A stretch of 64,000 nucleotides of DNA from Candidatus Kaiserbacteria bacterium (GTDB lineage: Bacteria; Patescibacteriota; Minisyncoccia; Phycocordibacterales; UBA2100): NCBI GenBank assembly GCA_023267655.1, contig JAHFMV010000004.1:10044-74043 (forward strand). The letters run 5' to 3'. The position numbers were made by a program, and so were the translations under genes. This document shows, piece after piece, positions 1 to 12,219 of the stretch (positions within the stretch are counted from its first letter, which is position 1; each line of letters starts with the position of its first letter). The notes below the pieces were generated by a model. It did no database searches, was not told the origin of the DNA, and saw nothing but the letters and a program-made list of their open reading frames with translations.

Positions 1-1389
<1,389 letters not shown>

Positions 1390-1399
1390 ATATAGTTGT

Positions 1400-1426
1400 T
1401 AGCCACTAGCGACTAGCCACTAGGGA
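1400..1426. repeat. TAGCCAC-type heptamer array
   Basis: TAGCCAC TAGCGAC TAGCCAC TAGGGA. Confidence 0.9.
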
Positions 1427-1434
1427 ACTTCAAT

Positions 1435-1800
1435 ATGAACCACAAAGATACCGAAACATTACCGCAACTCCCTGATCTTGGTTTTTACTACCACTACAAA
1501 CACGATCCGATGGGGAGCGTGAATAATTATGCGTACGAGGTTATTGGCATTGGCTATCATACTGAAGACGACTGCCGACCGATTGATCAATACATGGTGC
1601 AATATCGGCCGCTTTACGATGCGTTCGTCTACCGAATTGGAAAGGGCAGAATCAATGATGCTCGTCCGCTCTCTATGTTTATGGAACATGTGACAAGGGA
1701 TGGAAAAATAACTCCACGATTCCAAAAAATAATTGATCCAAGGATTCTTGAAGAGTTGCGAATCATTCGCAACGAGATGTATTCTGATCTCGCAAAATAA
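1435..1800 (+). CDS. DUF1653-like small protein
   Basis: GFYYHYKH..YEVIGIGYHTE..VQYRPLY..RPLSMF..V..PRF pattern typical of DUF1653. Confidence 0.75.
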   Translation: MNHKDTETLPQLPDLGFYYHYKHDPMGSVNNYAYEVIGIGYHTEDDCRPIDQYMVQYRPLYDAFVYRIGKGRINDARPLSMFMEHVTRDGKITPRFQKIIDPRILEELRIIRNEMYSDLAK

Positions 1801-1806
1801 GGAAAG

Positions 1807-1826
1807 AGCCCAGCGTACGCTGGGCT
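1807..1826. terminator. Hairpin between convergent genes
   Basis: AGCCCAGCG-TA-CGCTGGGCT. Confidence 0.6.
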
Positions 1827-1835
1827 TGGTGCTTG

Positions 1836-2099
1836 TTAGGCATAGGCGGGCAGTTTGCAATCTACGGTAACGACCCGGACGCCATTATGCCGAAGCGAGA
1901 AGCTGAACGGTTCGGGCAGGGGCGACTCAAGACCGATCATAACACACCAATCATCAAGCTCTCCGATTGGCCATACCCGTCGCATCGTTTTCAGTTCGAT
2001 TGCAACGATGCAGCTAATATGTTGCTTGTATGGCTCCAAGTTCAGGTAGACTTTTGAGAGATCATCGGCGGCAAGTCGCGCCTCTTCCTGCGTCACCAT
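1836..2099 (-). CDS. Hypothetical protein (87 aa, SD-led)
   Basis: GGAGG upstream of ATG 2099; hairpin downstream; fills the gap between genes. Confidence 0.6.
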   Translation of the reverse strand: MVTQEEARLAADDLSKVYLNLEPYKQHISCIVAIELKTMRRVWPIGELDDWCVMIGLESPLPEPFSFSLRHNGVRVVTVDCKLPAYA

Positions 2100-2144
2100 T
2101 TGCTGATATCCTCCGTACGCTGTAGCCTGCAGATACAGTACCAT

Positions 2145-3020
2145 ATGCGCCCCGCACACGTCATCGAAATAATCACACCGAAGAAATTCGTTCTTGACGG
2201 ACTGTGGTTTGGCCCGAAAAAGGCAAAGCGAGCGATTATCGTGATCCACGGGCTCACATCATCGGCGTTTTCTCTGCAACATGTCGTCGGCGCGCTCGTT
2301 GGTAAAGATACTGCCGTCATTACTTTCAATAATCGAGGATTCAAGAGCGTCGTGGACATCAAGCAGCGGCTATCAAAAAAAGAAACAAAATGGCACACCG
2401 CTGGTTCTGCTCACGAAGTGTTTACCGAATGCATTGATGACATCCAGGGTGTCGTTAATTTTGCAAAAAAGGTAGGCGTAAAAAATATCTATCTTGCCGG
2501 ACATTCCACAGGATGTCAGAAATCAATCTACTGGGCATCGAAAACTGGAGGCAGGGGAGTAAAAGGCATCATTCTTCTTGCGCCTCTTAGCGATTATGCG
2601 TGTGAGAAGTACGCAGACAAAAGTGGGCGTATGAAAAAAGCTACGGCACTTGCGCGAGCGTTGGTCAATGCAAAAAAGCCGCACGAACTCCTGCCGCGAT
2701 GGGCATCCCCCATAATGTTGCTCGACGCGCAGAGATATCTATCGCTCTATACACCGGACAGTGCCGAAGAAATATTTACCTACGGACAGCCGGGGAAAAA
2801 ACCAAAAACATATCAATCAATCAAACTTCCTGTACTCGTCCTTTTTGCCGACAAAGACGAACATTCCGACCGACCGGCGGAAAAACTCGTCGAATGGTTT
2901 GCTCAAAATACCGGATCGCGGTATTTCCGTGCGGGAATCGTCCCTAAAGTCCGTCATAGTTTCCGCGGTGGTGAATCACGAGTCGCACAGCTCGTTCGGC
3001 AGTGGATTTTGGCTCAATAA
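2145..3020 (+). CDS. Alpha/beta hydrolase (DUF1749-like)
   Basis: HGL oxyanion region, GHSTGCQ nucleophile elbow, DE..H triad region. Confidence 0.85.
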   Translation: MRPAHVIEIITPKKFVLDGLWFGPKKAKRAIIVIHGLTSSAFSLQHVVGALVGKDTAVITFNNRGFKSVVDIKQRLSKKETKWHTAGSAHEVFTECIDDIQGVVNFAKKVGVKNIYLAGHSTGCQKSIYWASKTGGRGVKGIILLAPLSDYACEKYADKSGRMKKATALARALVNAKKPHELLPRWASPIMLLDAQRYLSLYTPDSAEEIFTYGQPGKKPKTYQSIKLPVLVLFADKDEHSDRPAEKLVEWFAQNTGSRYFRAGIVPKVRHSFRGGESRVAQLVRQWILAQ

Positions 3021-3038
3021 CGGGCTATAGTGGCGGGG

Positions 3039-3803
3039 ATGGAAGGAGGTACTGCGCACCAATCAGGAATCCATGTTGCCCTTGCGGCCGAGCGGATCGG
3101 TTCGTTTTTTGGCATTCCGCTTACCAATACGCTTGTTACGACATGGCTTATTGTCGGCGTAATCGTGATTCTTACTTTGGTTTTAAGCAACCGAATTTCA
3201 CTCATCCCAGGCCGATTCCAGACGCTTCTCGAAATGTTGTTTGAATTTGTGTACAACTACGTCGTTGAGACCCTCGGAAGCCGCGAAATGGCCAACAAAT
3301 TTTTCCCGCTTCTCACGACGATTTTCATCTTCGTGCTATGCCTCAATTGGTTTGAATTCTTGCCAGGTGTCGAGAGTATTCTCTATCATGGTGAACCGCT
3401 TTTCCGTGGTGTGAACACTGACCTTACGACGCCGCTCGTCCTCGCATTCGTATCATTCTTCGTTATCGAAATTACCGGCATTGCGACAATCGGTGTTTAT
3501 AAGTACGGCTCGAAATTTCTCGTGAATCCGTTCAAAAGCCCGATCGGTGCCATGATCGGCGTCATCGAACTCATCGGCGAATTCGTTCGCCTCGTTTCGC
3601 TTTCGTTTCGACTTTTTGGCAACATTCTCGCCGGTTCGGTCATTATCGCCGTCGCGACCTATTTCGCGCCGTACGGCGGTCCCGGCATCCTCTCGCTATT
3701 TGAAGTCTTTATCGGCTTCCTCCAAGCGGCTGTTTTTGCCCTCCTCACCCTCTTTTTCATCAAATTGGCCATCGAAGAACCACATGGTGCCGAGGTACAT
3801 TAA
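3039..3803 (+). CDS. atpB: ATP synthase Fo subunit a
   Basis: SLSFRLFGNILAG, FIGFLQAAVF motifs; first gene of atp cluster. Confidence 0.95.
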   Translation: MEGGTAHQSGIHVALAAERIGSFFGIPLTNTLVTTWLIVGVIVILTLVLSNRISLIPGRFQTLLEMLFEFVYNYVVETLGSREMANKFFPLLTTIFIFVLCLNWFEFLPGVESILYHGEPLFRGVNTDLTTPLVLAFVSFFVIEITGIATIGVYKYGSKFLVNPFKSPIGAMIGVIELIGEFVRLVSLSFRLFGNILAGSVIIAVATYFAPYGGPGILSLFEVFIGFLQAAVFALLTLFFIKLAIEEPHGAEVH

Positions 3804-3809
3804 GCCGCG

Positions 3810-3922
3810 AATTTGCGAAACCTAATTTGCAATTTGCAAATAAAATTCCAAATCCCAAGTATCAATTTGGGGCTTGTCGTTTGCGGTTTCTTTCCAAATT
3901 GAGGTTTAAGAATTGCAAATTA
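3810..3922. repeat. AT-rich heptamer-periodic imperfect inverted array (ATTTGCA-like)
   Basis: atttgcg/atttgca/atttgca ... aagaatt/gcaaatt between atpB and atpE. Confidence 0.55.
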
Positions 3923-3989
3923 TTGTGCCCACAGGGAGCTTGAAATATGGCTCTTTTCCTATATACTGCCGGCATAACTTGATTATTAA

Positions 3990-4232
<243 letters not shown>

Positions 4233-4235
<3 letters not shown>

Positions 4236-4343
4236 TTTTCAATTTACAATTCTCAATTTTCAGTGAATTTTCAATGCAGCAATGTTTGAAAATTGATTCA
4301 TTGGACCTTGATTGAAAATTGTAAAATTAAAAATTGAAAATTA
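4233..4343. repeat. About 110-bp AATTTTC/GAAAATT palindromic element, copy A
   Basis: Near-identical reverse complement of 9792-9894. Confidence 0.9.
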
Positions 4344-4345
4344 TC

Positions 4346-4795
4346 ATGAACCAGTTGTTTGCCGCCTTCGGTCTCGATGTAAAGCTCCTGTTGATTCAGG
4401 CGCTTAACTTTGCAATCTTGCTTGCGGTGTTGTGGCGATTTCTCTACACGCCGGTTTTGAAGATGATCGACGAGCGCCGTGCCAAAGTCGCGGAAGGCGT
4501 GCAAAAAGCGGAAGCAGCTGATCGTCGTCTTGCAGACGCTAACGAAGAAGGGAAAGGACTTGTCGCTTCAGCATCCAAAGACGCGGAAGGCATCGTCGCT
4601 TCAGCGCGAAATCGTGCCGAAGAGCAGGCGAGCGAGATTTCGAAGCGTGCGCAAGAGCGTGCAGATCAATTGCTGGCCGATGCTCAGGCACGTGCTGAGG
4701 AAGCAAAACGCCAGGCACTTGCCTCGGGCGAAAAAGAAATCGCCCGCGCCGCCATGCTTGCGGCGGAGAAGATACTCAAAGGGTCTAGCCACTAG
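4346..4795 (+). CDS. atpF: ATP synthase Fo subunit b
   Basis: N-terminal TM (QALNFAILL..PV), long Ala/Glu-rich coiled coil. Confidence 0.92.
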   Translation: MNQLFAAFGLDVKLLLIQALNFAILLAVLWRFLYTPVLKMIDERRAKVAEGVQKAEAADRRLADANEEGKGLVASASKDAEGIVASARNRAEEQASEISKRAQERADQLLADAQARAEEAKRQALASGEKEIARAAMLAAEKILKGSSH

Positions 4796-4866
4796 CCAAT
4801 AGCCACTAGAACATGCAAAATTCAATCACATTCCGGATCCCCTATTGGCTAAACCCTATTGGCTAA
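4786..4866. repeat. TAGCCAC array plus inverted partner (CCCTATTGGCTAA x2)
   Basis: TAGCCAC TAGCCAA TAGCCAC TAGAAC supplies the atpF stop; inverted copies at 4839-4866. Confidence 0.85.
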
Positions 4867-4877
4867 TTACTATTCCT

Positions 4878-5240
4878 ATGGAAAAAGCCTACGCACAAGC
4901 ACTGTGGGAACTCATTCAAAAAGGTGAAAAACCCAAAGAAGCTGTCACGAAAATCCAGACGGCACTTGCACAGCGCGGTCGCGCGGCCTTAATGCCAGCA
5001 GTCGGCCGAGCATTTGAACGTCTTGCACAGCGAGAAGCACAGAAAAACCGTTCCGTGCTTGTCGTTGCGCGAAAAGGTGACGAAGCAAATGCGCGCAAGG
5101 AAAGCGCGGCGCACGATGCGGAAATCAAGGTAGACGAATCACTCATCGGCGGCTGGCAGCTTTTTGATCGAGGTCAGATGCGCGACGAAAGTTGGAAGAG
5201 CGCACTTTTATCCATTTATAATGCATCTACTAGAACCTAG
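4878..5240 (+). CDS. atpH: ATP synthase F1 subunit delta (short)
   Basis: YAQAL N-terminus, VDESLIGG..D.S C-terminus; position between atpF and atpA. Confidence 0.88.
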   Translation: MEKAYAQALWELIQKGEKPKEAVTKIQTALAQRGRAALMPAVGRAFERLAQREAQKNRSVLVVARKGDEANARKESAAHDAEIKVDESLIGGWQLFDRGQMRDESWKSALLSIYNASTRT

Positions 5241-5260
5241 TACCTGACACCTAGAACCTA
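5231..5260. repeat. TAGAACC/TGACACC heptamer array
   Basis: TAGAACC TAGTACC TGACACC TAGAACC TA; supplies the atpH stop. Confidence 0.85.
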
Positions 5261-5265
5261 TTTGT

Positions 5266-6828
5266 ATGGACTCATCAATCGTCGAGAAGATCGTGAAGGA
5301 AATCGAAGGCTATGCGCCAAAAGGCGGGCACACGAATGTTGGACGCATTACCGCCGTCGGCGATGGTGTTGTCGCGATTGATGGATTGGAAAAGGCAGTC
5401 ATGTCCGAAGTCGTTGAATTTGAAGAAACAGCCGGAAAATCACTGGAAGATTCAATGCATGGCGAGGGGAAACTGCTCGGCCTCATTCTCAATCTCGAAG
5501 AAGATAGTGTGCGTGCGGTCATTCTTGGTGATACTGCACGGGTAAAAGAAGGCATGGTTGTAAAATCGACGGGCACGGTACTTTCGGTCCCGTCGGGCGA
5601 TGAACTTCTCGGCCGCGTCGTGAATGCGCTCGGTGAACCAGTCGATGGCAAGGGTCCGTTCAAAAAGCCGACAATGATGCCGGTGGAGCGCGAAAGCTAC
5701 GGTGTCATCGATCGCAAAGCGGTCACGACCCCACTCCAGACCGGTATCAAAGCAATCGATGCGATGATCCCCATCGGCCGCGGCCAGCGTGAACTCATCA
5801 TTGGCGACCGCTCGACCGGGAAAACAACGGTCGCTATCGACACGATCATCAACCAAAAATATGAGCCTGCGGATAAGCGCCCGATCTGCGTGTATGTTGC
5901 GATCGGTCAGAAAGAATCGAAAACCGCGCGCATCATGCAGCAGCTCAAGGACAACGATGCGTTTGCCTACACAGTCATCGTCGATGCACCAGCATCCGCT
6001 CCGGCTGCGCTTCAATATTTGGCGCCGTTCAGCGGCGTTGCTATCGGCGAATATTTTATGGATCGCGGACAAGACGTGCTGGTCATCTACGATGACCTTT
6101 CGAAACAAGCTGTCGCGTATCGCCAGCTCTCGCTGCTTCTGCGCCGTCCACCCGGTCGTGAAGCATATCCGGGCGACATCTTTTATTTGCACTCCCGCCT
6201 CCTCGAGCGCTCCGCTCGCCTGTCAGATGCAAAAGGTGGTGGGTCTTTGACTGCGCTTCCGATCATCGAGACGCAGGAAGGTGACATCTCCGGTTACATT
6301 CCAACGAACGTGATTTCAATTACTGACGGCCAGATCTTCCTCGAAGGCGGACTTTTCAACAAAGGCGTCCGTCCGGCGATCAATGTGGGCGATTCCGTCT
6401 CGCGCGTTGGCTCCGCTGCGCAGACAAAGGCGATGAAATCAGTCGCGGGAACGTTGAAGCTCGAACTCGCGCAATTCCGCGAGCTTGAGGCATTCATGCA
6501 ATTCGCGTCTGATCTCGACAAAGCAACGGCAGATCGCATCGCTTCCGGCCAGCGGATGGTCGAGGTCCTTAAGCAAAAGAATGGCTCGCCGATGCCGGTT
6601 GAGCAGCAAGTCATCGATCTTTTTGCCGCGGTCAACAAACTCTTTATCGAAGTTCCGCTCGCAAAAGTAAAACAAGCAGAGGCACAGTGGATCGAATTCA
6701 TAAACGCGGGATACAGCGAAGTATTGGAAGACATCAAAAAAACCGGTGCCGTTTCGGATGATTCGAAAAAAGAATTAACCCGCGCAATGGAAGCGTTCCG
6801 CGGTGCGCATGGGGAGTTGTTTGCATAA
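5266..6828 (+). CDS. atpA: ATP synthase F1 subunit alpha
   Basis: [34 protein letters not shown]. Confidence 0.98.
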   Translation: MDSSIVEKIVKEIEGYAPKGGHTNVGRITAVGDGVVAIDGLEKAVMSEVVEFEETAGKSLEDSMHGEGKLLGLILNLEEDSVRAVILGDTARVKEGMVVKSTGTVLSVPSGDELLGRVVNALGEPVDGKGPFKKPTMMPVERESYGVIDRKAVTTPLQTGIKAIDAMIPIGRGQRELIIGDRSTGKTTVAIDTIINQKYEPADKRPICVYVAIGQKESKTARIMQQLKDNDAFAYTVIVDAPASAPAALQYLAPFSGVAIGEYFMDRGQDVLVIYDDLSKQAVAYRQLSLLLRRPPGREAYPGDIFYLHSRLLERSARLSDAKGGGSLTALPIIETQEGDISGYIPTNVISITDGQIFLEGGLFNKGVRPAINVGDSVSRVGSAAQTKAMKSVAGTLKLELAQFRELEAFMQFASDLDKATADRIASGQRMVEVLKQKNGSPMPVEQQVIDLFAAVNKLFIEVPLAKVKQAEAQWIEFINAGYSEVLEDIKKTGAVSDDSKKELTRAMEAFRGAHGELFA

Positions 6829-6832
6829 CAAT

Positions 6833-7141
6833 ATGTCAGAAAAATTAATTCAACGACGTCGCGAGAAGATAGAACATATTGAATCTGAGATTCGACAGCA
6901 CGAAGCGAGTCTTGAAAAAATGCGCGAGAGAATTGCTCGGGAATTAGACGATGTGAAGAAGAGTTCAGCTGATGACGCTATCAAAACGAATTTCTCAAAT
7001 ACGCTTGAGGAATATGCGCAACTGCAGGCGAAATACTCAGAGGCATTGCGGAAAATGAAGAATTTTGAAATTCAAATTGAGAATTTTGCACGGGACATGC
7101 ATGATCAAGAAGAATACCCTCAAAACATCACTCGTCACTAA
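6833..7141 (+). CDS. Hypothetical charged coiled-coil protein inside atp cluster
   Basis: 102-aa ORF exactly filling the atpA-atpG gap, heptad-like E/K/R-rich sequence. Confidence 0.7.
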   Translation: MSEKLIQRRREKIEHIESEIRQHEASLEKMRERIARELDDVKKSSADDAIKTNFSNTLEEYAQLQAKYSEALRKMKNFEIQIENFARDMHDQEEYPQNITRH

Positions 7142-7143
7142 CC

Positions 7144-8055
7144 ATGGCCCTCAAGCACATCAAACTGAAGATCCTCTCCGTCAAAAAAACATCGACCGTA
7201 ACTCGGGCGATGGAGGCTGTTTCTGCGGTGAAGATGCGCAAGGCGCAGGAGCGTGCGCTTGGCGGCCGCGCGTATGCGGCGGCCGCGCTCACGATCCTCG
7301 AGCGTCTCTCGAGCTCACAAGAGATCAAAGTCCATCCGCTCGCCCGGCAAAAAGAAGGGAAAACGCTTGTTGTGATTATTACGAGCGATAAAGGCCTCGC
7401 AGGAGCACTTAATTCCAATGTCATCCGCTCGACGGAACGAGAACTCGAATCCCGCGGATTGGATACAACTAATGTCGTCATGATCGCACTCGGCCGACGC
7501 GGAGGGGATTACTTCCTGAATCGCGGGTACAACGTCGTTTCGAAACACGAAAATGTGAGCGATGGTATTACGGAAGCCGATATGCACTTTGTGACTGACG
7601 CCGTGCTCGAATTACACGCTGCGGGAGAAATCACCTCATGCCTCCTCGCCTATATGAACTTCCAATCAACCTTTGAACAGAAGTCAGTCGTGCGACAGAT
7701 CTTGCCGCTTACGCCGGATTTGATCCGAGCTATGGTGAAGGGAATCGTACCGGCTAAAGGGAAATATTCCGGCATCAAAGCAGAGGAGGAAGCGCCGTCG
7801 ACCTATACCATCGAGCCCGATGTAGAATCGATCGTCGAAATCTTGATGCCGCGTCTTTTAAATATCGCCGTTTTTCATGGGCTTCTCGAAGCCAAAGCAT
7901 CGGAGCATTCCGCCCGAATGGTTGCGATGAAAAGCGCGACCGACAAGGCGCGCGACATGGCCAAAATGCTGACGCGCAAATTCAACAAAATCCGTCAAGC
8001 CGCGATCACACGTGAAGTGTCGGAAATTACTAGTGGTATAGAAGCAATGAAATAA
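7144..8055 (+). CDS. atpG: ATP synthase F1 subunit gamma
   Basis: TRAMEAVSAVK, SDKGLAG, SEHSARMVAM, RQAAITREVSEI. Confidence 0.97.
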   Translation: MALKHIKLKILSVKKTSTVTRAMEAVSAVKMRKAQERALGGRAYAAAALTILERLSSSQEIKVHPLARQKEGKTLVVIITSDKGLAGALNSNVIRSTERELESRGLDTTNVVMIALGRRGGDYFLNRGYNVVSKHENVSDGITEADMHFVTDAVLELHAAGEITSCLLAYMNFQSTFEQKSVVRQILPLTPDLIRAMVKGIVPAKGKYSGIKAEEEAPSTYTIEPDVESIVEILMPRLLNIAVFHGLLEAKASEHSARMVAMKSATDKARDMAKMLTRKFNKIRQAAITREVSEITSGIEAMK

Positions 8056-8056
8056 T

Positions 8057-9791
<1,735 letters not shown>

Positions 9792-9794
<3 letters not shown>

Positions 9795-9894
9795 TTTTCA
9801 ATTACCAATTTTCAATCAAATTCCAATGAATTAATTTTCAAACATTGGAGCATTGAAAATTCACTGAAAATTGAGAATTGTAAATTGAAAATTA
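9792..9894. repeat. About 100-bp AATTTTC/GAAAATT palindromic element, copy B (inverted)
   Basis: Reverse complement matches 4233-4343 (first 45 nt identical). Confidence 0.9.
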
Positions 9895-10136
9895 TGAACA
9901 CTCTCCATCTCATCATTTCCTCCGTTTCGGAAAATTTGTACGACGGTCCGGCTATTTTCGCGACCATTCCGGGATCCGCGGGTGAGATGACCATCTTGCC
10001 AAACCACGAACCGCTCATCACCACGCTGAAAGAGGGAACCATCACCGTACGCATTCCGAATGCGGAAGATAAAACGTTTACGATTAAAAGTGGTGTGCTT
10101 GAGACGTCAGGCTCTCGCACAGTTGTACTCGTATAG
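9894..10136 (+). CDS. atpC: ATP synthase F1 subunit epsilon (N-terminal beta domain only)
   Basis: PGSAGEMTILPNHEPLITTL..G; 80 aa with no C-terminal helices. Confidence 0.9.
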   Translation: MNTLHLIISSVSENLYDGPAIFATIPGSAGEMTILPNHEPLITTLKEGTITVRIPNAEDKTFTIKSGVLETSGSRTVVLV

Positions 10137-10186
10137 TTTTCAACATTGAGCTCTTCACACCCCTGAAAGCGAGCTACAATACGGTT

Positions 10187-11311
10187 ATGCGACGAGCGAC
10201 AGGGCTTCTCCTTTTTGTGATGCTCGTGTGTGTTTCCACGCAGGTGTATGCACAGGCAGTCGACAACGGTATTTCAGCCCTGAACTGCGTAAAAAAGAAA
10301 TATGTTGGTGACGCGACAACCTACAATCCGTATGCCGCCGGCTGGAAGACAGGAGGCCTCGGCCTTGCGACGGGTGGAAAATACAATCCGGATGCATGGG
10401 AGGCTGCAATTCAGCTCGATATCGGAAAGGAAGTTGGATGCGGCGTGGGTGCCGGGAAAACTTGTCGAGCTGTAGTCGCCGTACCGTCAACGGGACGCGC
10501 TGCTATTGTTTTAATCAATGACAACGGACCAATGTGCGCTGATCCTGCTACCTATGCTGCCGCAGCCGAATGTAGACAGAAAGGCAAGTTTGCACGCGTC
10601 ATTGATCTCAATAAACAATCAATGTATTTTTTGAGCAATGGAAAAAGCGGCAATAATGTCGGCACTCTGTACAATGTTGAAGTTGCCATCCTTGACCCGC
10701 AATGCAATCAGATAGGCCAGCTTGGTCCTCTTACCGGTACTGATAAAGATGCATGGTCAAAAATTGCGTCGAGCATGCCGGCAACAGAGTTGCCGAACAC
10801 CCCAGTGTACGGCAATCCATCCAACCCCTATTCGCCCGTCAGCGTAAGTCCGTTTTCATCAAGTCTCGGGGCGACGCCAAGCGGGGGCTCGCCTTTTGGC
10901 GGGCAGCAGCCGTTTGGCACATCTCCTGTCATGCCTACGCAGCCGGGCTCGCCGACGTCGCCTTTGAATGTGTCGCCATCATCCGGTGGCGGATCGGGGA
11001 GTGGCGGCGACGGCTCCGGCGGTAGTGGCTCCAGTTCGGATGGTTCGGCAGGCAGCCGTGCTGCAAGTACGATCATCGTCCAGCCAAAAAGCGCGCACTC
11101 CGGCGGGACGGTTCTTATTTCGTGGACGAGTGTAAACATGAAACCGTCGCAGTGCGTCGTCACAAAAAACGACGGGGATTTTGCGACCGGCAACGAAGCG
11201 ACGAAACGCGATACTCTGCCTGATTCGGGGACGACGACCTATGTACTTACGTGCACAACACCGTCCGGTGATACGGCGAAATCGAGCGCGTCAGTCACGA
11301 TCACGAATTAA
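10187..11311 (+). CDS. Secreted protein with RlpA-like double-psi beta-barrel, P/S/G-rich linker and beta-rich C-terminal domain
   Basis: Signal peptide (VYA-Q); IVLINDNGP..RVIDL resembles the RlpA V.INDRGP..RIIDL motif. Confidence 0.65.
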   Translation: MRRATGLLLFVMLVCVSTQVYAQAVDNGISALNCVKKKYVGDATTYNPYAAGWKTGGLGLATGGKYNPDAWEAAIQLDIGKEVGCGVGAGKTCRAVVAVPSTGRAAIVLINDNGPMCADPATYAAAAECRQKGKFARVIDLNKQSMYFLSNGKSGNNVGTLYNVEVAILDPQCNQIGQLGPLTGTDKDAWSKIASSMPATELPNTPVYGNPSNPYSPVSVSPFSSSLGATPSGGSPFGGQQPFGTSPVMPTQPGSPTSPLNVSPSSGGGSGSGGDGSGGSGSSSDGSAGSRAASTIIVQPKSAHSGGTVLISWTSVNMKPSQCVVTKNDGDFATGNEATKRDTLPDSGTTTYVLTCTTPSGDTAKSSASVTITN

Positions 11312-11313
11312 CA

Positions 11314-11409
11314 ATGTCGAAATTTCAGCGCCGGATCGAAGATTTCACTTGTGAGCACCCCAGTAGGAACGCAGAGCTTCCTACGGGGCAGGTTGTGGCA
11401 CTTGTATGA
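11314..11409 (+). pseudogene. Interrupted first copy of RNHCP-gene 5' end (uORF)
   Basis: MSKFQRRIEDFTCEH + 35-bp hairpin; TGA overlaps the ATG at 11406. Confidence 0.7.
11358..11392 (+). repeat. REP-like 35-bp hairpin
   Basis: CCCCAGTAGGAACGCAGAGCTTCCTACGGGGCAGG. Confidence 0.88.
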
Positions 11410-11705
11410 GTTTCAAAAAAGTGATTGAGAATTTTGTTTGTGAGCACTGCGGTGTCAGTGTTATCGGCAATGGCTACACGAACCACTGTCCGAAATGTTT
11501 GTATTCAAAACACGTCGATGTAAATCCCGGCGATCGTGCGGCAACATGCGGTGGCATGATGAAGCCCATCGCGATCGAGGGAAGCACGGGTGCAGGTTAT
11601 TCAATTCGTCAGAAATGCGAAAAATGCGGCTTTACCCGCAGGAATGGCGTCTCGCCGGACGATGACCCAGACGCAGTCGTCGCGCTTGCAGCCCTGCAAA
11701 AATAG
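11406..11705 (+). CDS. RNHCP domain zinc-binding protein
   Basis: F.CEHCG..TNHCPKCLYSKHVD..PGDRAATCGGMM..C..CG. Confidence 0.88.
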   Translation: MSFKKVIENFVCEHCGVSVIGNGYTNHCPKCLYSKHVDVNPGDRAATCGGMMKPIAIEGSTGAGYSIRQKCEKCGFTRRNGVSPDDDPDAVVALAALQK

Positions 11706-11718
11706 GTATAATGGCGGT

Positions 11719-12210
11719 ATGTCAGACGGCGATGGCGACAGCGGTGGAGGGGATCCAAATGTGTACGAAGAAAATCCGTACATGCCAGATTTGCATATCG
11801 GGCCGCATATCCCGCACTACTACGGTGATTACGTGCGACAGATTTTTATGCTCTGCGGTGCCGCAATGCTGATTTTCTCGCCGTTTCTCGCGGCCTCACT
11901 TCCGGCAGCGCTCCCATTTGAAATCGGTGGGGCACTTATCGTCGCATTTCTCGGAGCGCTGACAAATCCCGCGCGGCAAATCAGCATGGTTGCTGATGCG
12001 ATTGTCGCGGGAATCGGCGTTGTTACCTACGAATTGCTGGCGCTCAATGCGTTTTCTTCAGGCGCAATGATCGGATTCGTGGAGCGTGAGGCACTCGCAA
12101 TTGCATTTTTATTTGCGATGTATTTTAGCATCAAGACGCTGCGCAATATGGCATTCCACACCATCGGCAAGAAAATTTCAGTCAGCGAATTTTTCAAGAA
12201 TGAGGAATAG
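11719..12210 (+). CDS. Four-TM membrane protein
   Basis: Hydrophobic segments; TATAAT 6 nt upstream of ATG. Confidence 0.75.
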   Translation: MSDGDGDSGGGDPNVYEENPYMPDLHIGPHIPHYYGDYVRQIFMLCGAAMLIFSPFLAASLPAALPFEIGGALIVAFLGALTNPARQISMVADAIVAGIGVVTYELLALNAFSSGAMIGFVEREALAIAFLFAMYFSIKTLRNMAFHTIGKKISVSEFFKNEE

Positions 12211-12219
12211 CCGTGTCAA

